From: the human T2T-CHM13v2.0 reference genome, Homo sapiens | DNA: 64,000 nucleotides | Assembly (NCBI RefSeq): GCF_009914755.1 | Contig: NC_060933.1 | Direction: 5' to 3' (one strand) | In this document: positions 60,830 to 64,000 of the stretch, piece by piece | Numbering within the stretch: the stretch's first letter is position 1 | How the letters are laid out: every line of letters starts with the position of its first letter | Position numbers and translations under genes: made by a program | The notes under the pieces: generated by a model | Database searches by the model: none | What the model saw: the letters and a program-made list of their open reading frames with translations, nothing else | What the model was told of the DNA's origin: nothing

Positions 60830-61120
60830 GCCTAATATGGCAGCCACTAGCCACGTGCACAACTGAGCCCTTTAAATGGGGCTATCTGAATTGAGATGTG
60901 CTGTAAGTGTAAAATGCATACCAGATTTCAAAGACTTAGTGAAACAAAAAGTAAAACATCACAGTAATTTTCATGTTGGTTATGTGTTGAAATGATAATA
61001 TTTCAGATATGCTGGGTTAAATAAAATATATAATTAAAAATAATTTCACATTTTGCAAATGTGGCTGTTAGAAAATTAAAAATTATATATGTGGATCACA
61101 TTATATTCCTATTAGTGCTC
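60830..61120 (+). mobile_element. MER33 DNA transposon
   Basis: GCAGCCACTAGCCACGTG...GAATTGAGATGTGCTGTAAGTGTAAAA..ACCAGATTTCAAAGACTTAGT. Confidence 0.78.
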
Positions 61121-61371
61121 ATCTAAAGGGACCCAGGAAATAGTTGTGTTTCTTCTTTATCATCACTGTCTCTGAATATTTCCTGTTCTGATAGAAATCA
61201 TGTCTATGAGCTCTAAAGTATAATATAGTATATGATTAGTCACAGAACTGTTAACCCTCAGGAGTTTTTGATCTGTAGCACACTGAGAGAATGAGGTTTT
61301 ATATAACCCTACTGTGAATAGAATGATCTGCTTAGGAGAAAGATTTTGACACAAGATCATTATATTACTAA

Positions 61372-62125
<754 letters not shown>

Positions 62126-62149
62126 TAAAGCCTTCTTGGAAAGCAATCT

Positions 62150-62224
62150 TAAAATCAGAGATGAAAAAGGAGGTATTACAACTGATACCACAGAAATTCA
62201 GAGGATCATTAGAGACTAGTATGA
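62150..62224 (+). mobile_element. 75-bp internal L1 ORF2 fragment
   Basis: Translates KIRDEKGGITTDTTEIQRIIRD*YE; flanked by AAAGCAATCT direct repeats. Confidence 0.8.
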
Positions 62225-63236
62225 AAAGCAATCTGACAGTAGCTGTCAGAATTTAAAATGGACTTAGCCTGACTTTCCAATACCATTTTTAGTAAACCAT
62301 TTTTCAGAAATACGTGTGAACAAAGATGTTGTTCAAGGATGTTCACTGGAGTATTTGTGATAATGAAAATTAGGAGTAGCCTAAGTGCCCGTCAATACAG
62401 GAGTAATTAAATTTTGGAGCACCACAAAATGGAATACTTAAATGGTTGAGTTACAAATATGTGTATTTGCTAAGAAAACAGTACCATTAGACATTAAAGT
62501 TTTAAAAACATGAAATCACAGACCAATACGTGTAGTACGATTTTGTGTCTATATCAATATGTGTATGAATGCACTGATGCAAATAAGGGAGATAAGAACT
62601 CACACCCACTTGTTAAGAATGGTTACCTTAGGCGTAGGTAGAAGATGAAGGAATGAAATGGGACTTGTGCTTTTGTTCAGCATACATTTGTATTTTTGAA
62701 TCCTTAACAATGCAAATGTATTCATGAATTCTGATGTAATTTTGAACACAATAAAGGCAAAGGAAAAGTGGGTAGAAGATGGCTTATGGGAATAATGAAT
62801 TGCCTCTTGGTTTTACGTGTTGCTATTCTGTTAATTTGCATGAGAGCAGACTTACAGATATAAAATATTAATCCCCTCAAGCACTATCCACTTGGTCTTT
62901 TCTAAAGACCCTCTTGAGCAAAAGAGGAAGCAAAGGGCTCATTGAAGTCAAGCCCCACAGGGACCATAAACTCCTCACTGAAAAGTTCACATGCAATTCT
63001 ATAGGGACTCAAAAGGTTCGGAATTAATTGTTATCACAGGTGCAGCAACAAGCTTCCCGATTAAAGATGCCAAATTATACTGCATGAGAAAGTTTATTGT
63101 TTTGAGAACGTTTACTTCTGAGCCAGAGTTGTTCACTAGTTTATTTTGCCAAAAGTTGTTAGCTGTGGGGAGAGAGGATTGGCTACTACTATATAGTCTT
63201 CAAAGACACCTAATTGACTTTTCTTGTGTTGGGAAG

Positions 63237-63742
<506 letters not shown>

Positions 63743-64000
63743 GATAAACTCTTCAGATGATTCTGAAGTTTGTTTCAATATCCTTGATCTTAATGAGAAC
63801 CCCCAAAATAGGACACCCTCAATTAAACAGAAATTAGACAAGAAACATAATCTTTTACCTTTATTGTGTGTTTCTTTTATTCCTTGCAATTAAGTTCTAA
63901 TCACCCTGCTTTCCATTACAGTCCTTTTCAGAGAACGATCATCTTCATTCCCTCATTTAAATATGTATTTATGAGTGATTACCACTAAATATTTTTAAAA

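Overview
Human/primate genomic DNA (Alu-rich, about 35 Alu copies). It holds a head-to-head gene pair sharing a CpG-island bidirectional promoter at about 10.2-11.4 kb. On the minus strand is the 5' part of NMRK1 (nicotinamide riboside kinase 1): non-coding exon 1, the ATG exon and the Walker-A exon, with the gene continuing left of the window. On the plus strand are OSTF1 (osteoclast stimulating factor 1; Pro-rich + SH3 + ankyrin repeats) coding exons 1-9, which I spliced by hand into an open 586-nt frame; the last exon lies beyond the window. The rest is intron filled with Alu, MIR, L1, L2, MaLR/ERV LTRs and MER DNA transposons. Almost all ORFs in the supplied track are Alu, GC-rich or low-complexity artefacts. 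I found no evidence of a new multi-gene system. The most notable unexplained structures are: a two-segment templated inverted insertion in an LTR fragment (20.0-21.1 kb); a myeloid/osteoclast-type motif cluster with four AGGTCA half-sites including a perfect DR3 (23.4-23.8 kb); a TSD-flanked internal L1 ORF2 fragment without poly(A); a (TA)n array built by fold-back copying; tandem in-frame donors at OSTF1 exon 1; and a weak-acceptor symmetric exon 9 bracketed by inverted Alus. Gene and repeat-family names come from recognition, not database search, and repeat boundaries are approximate.
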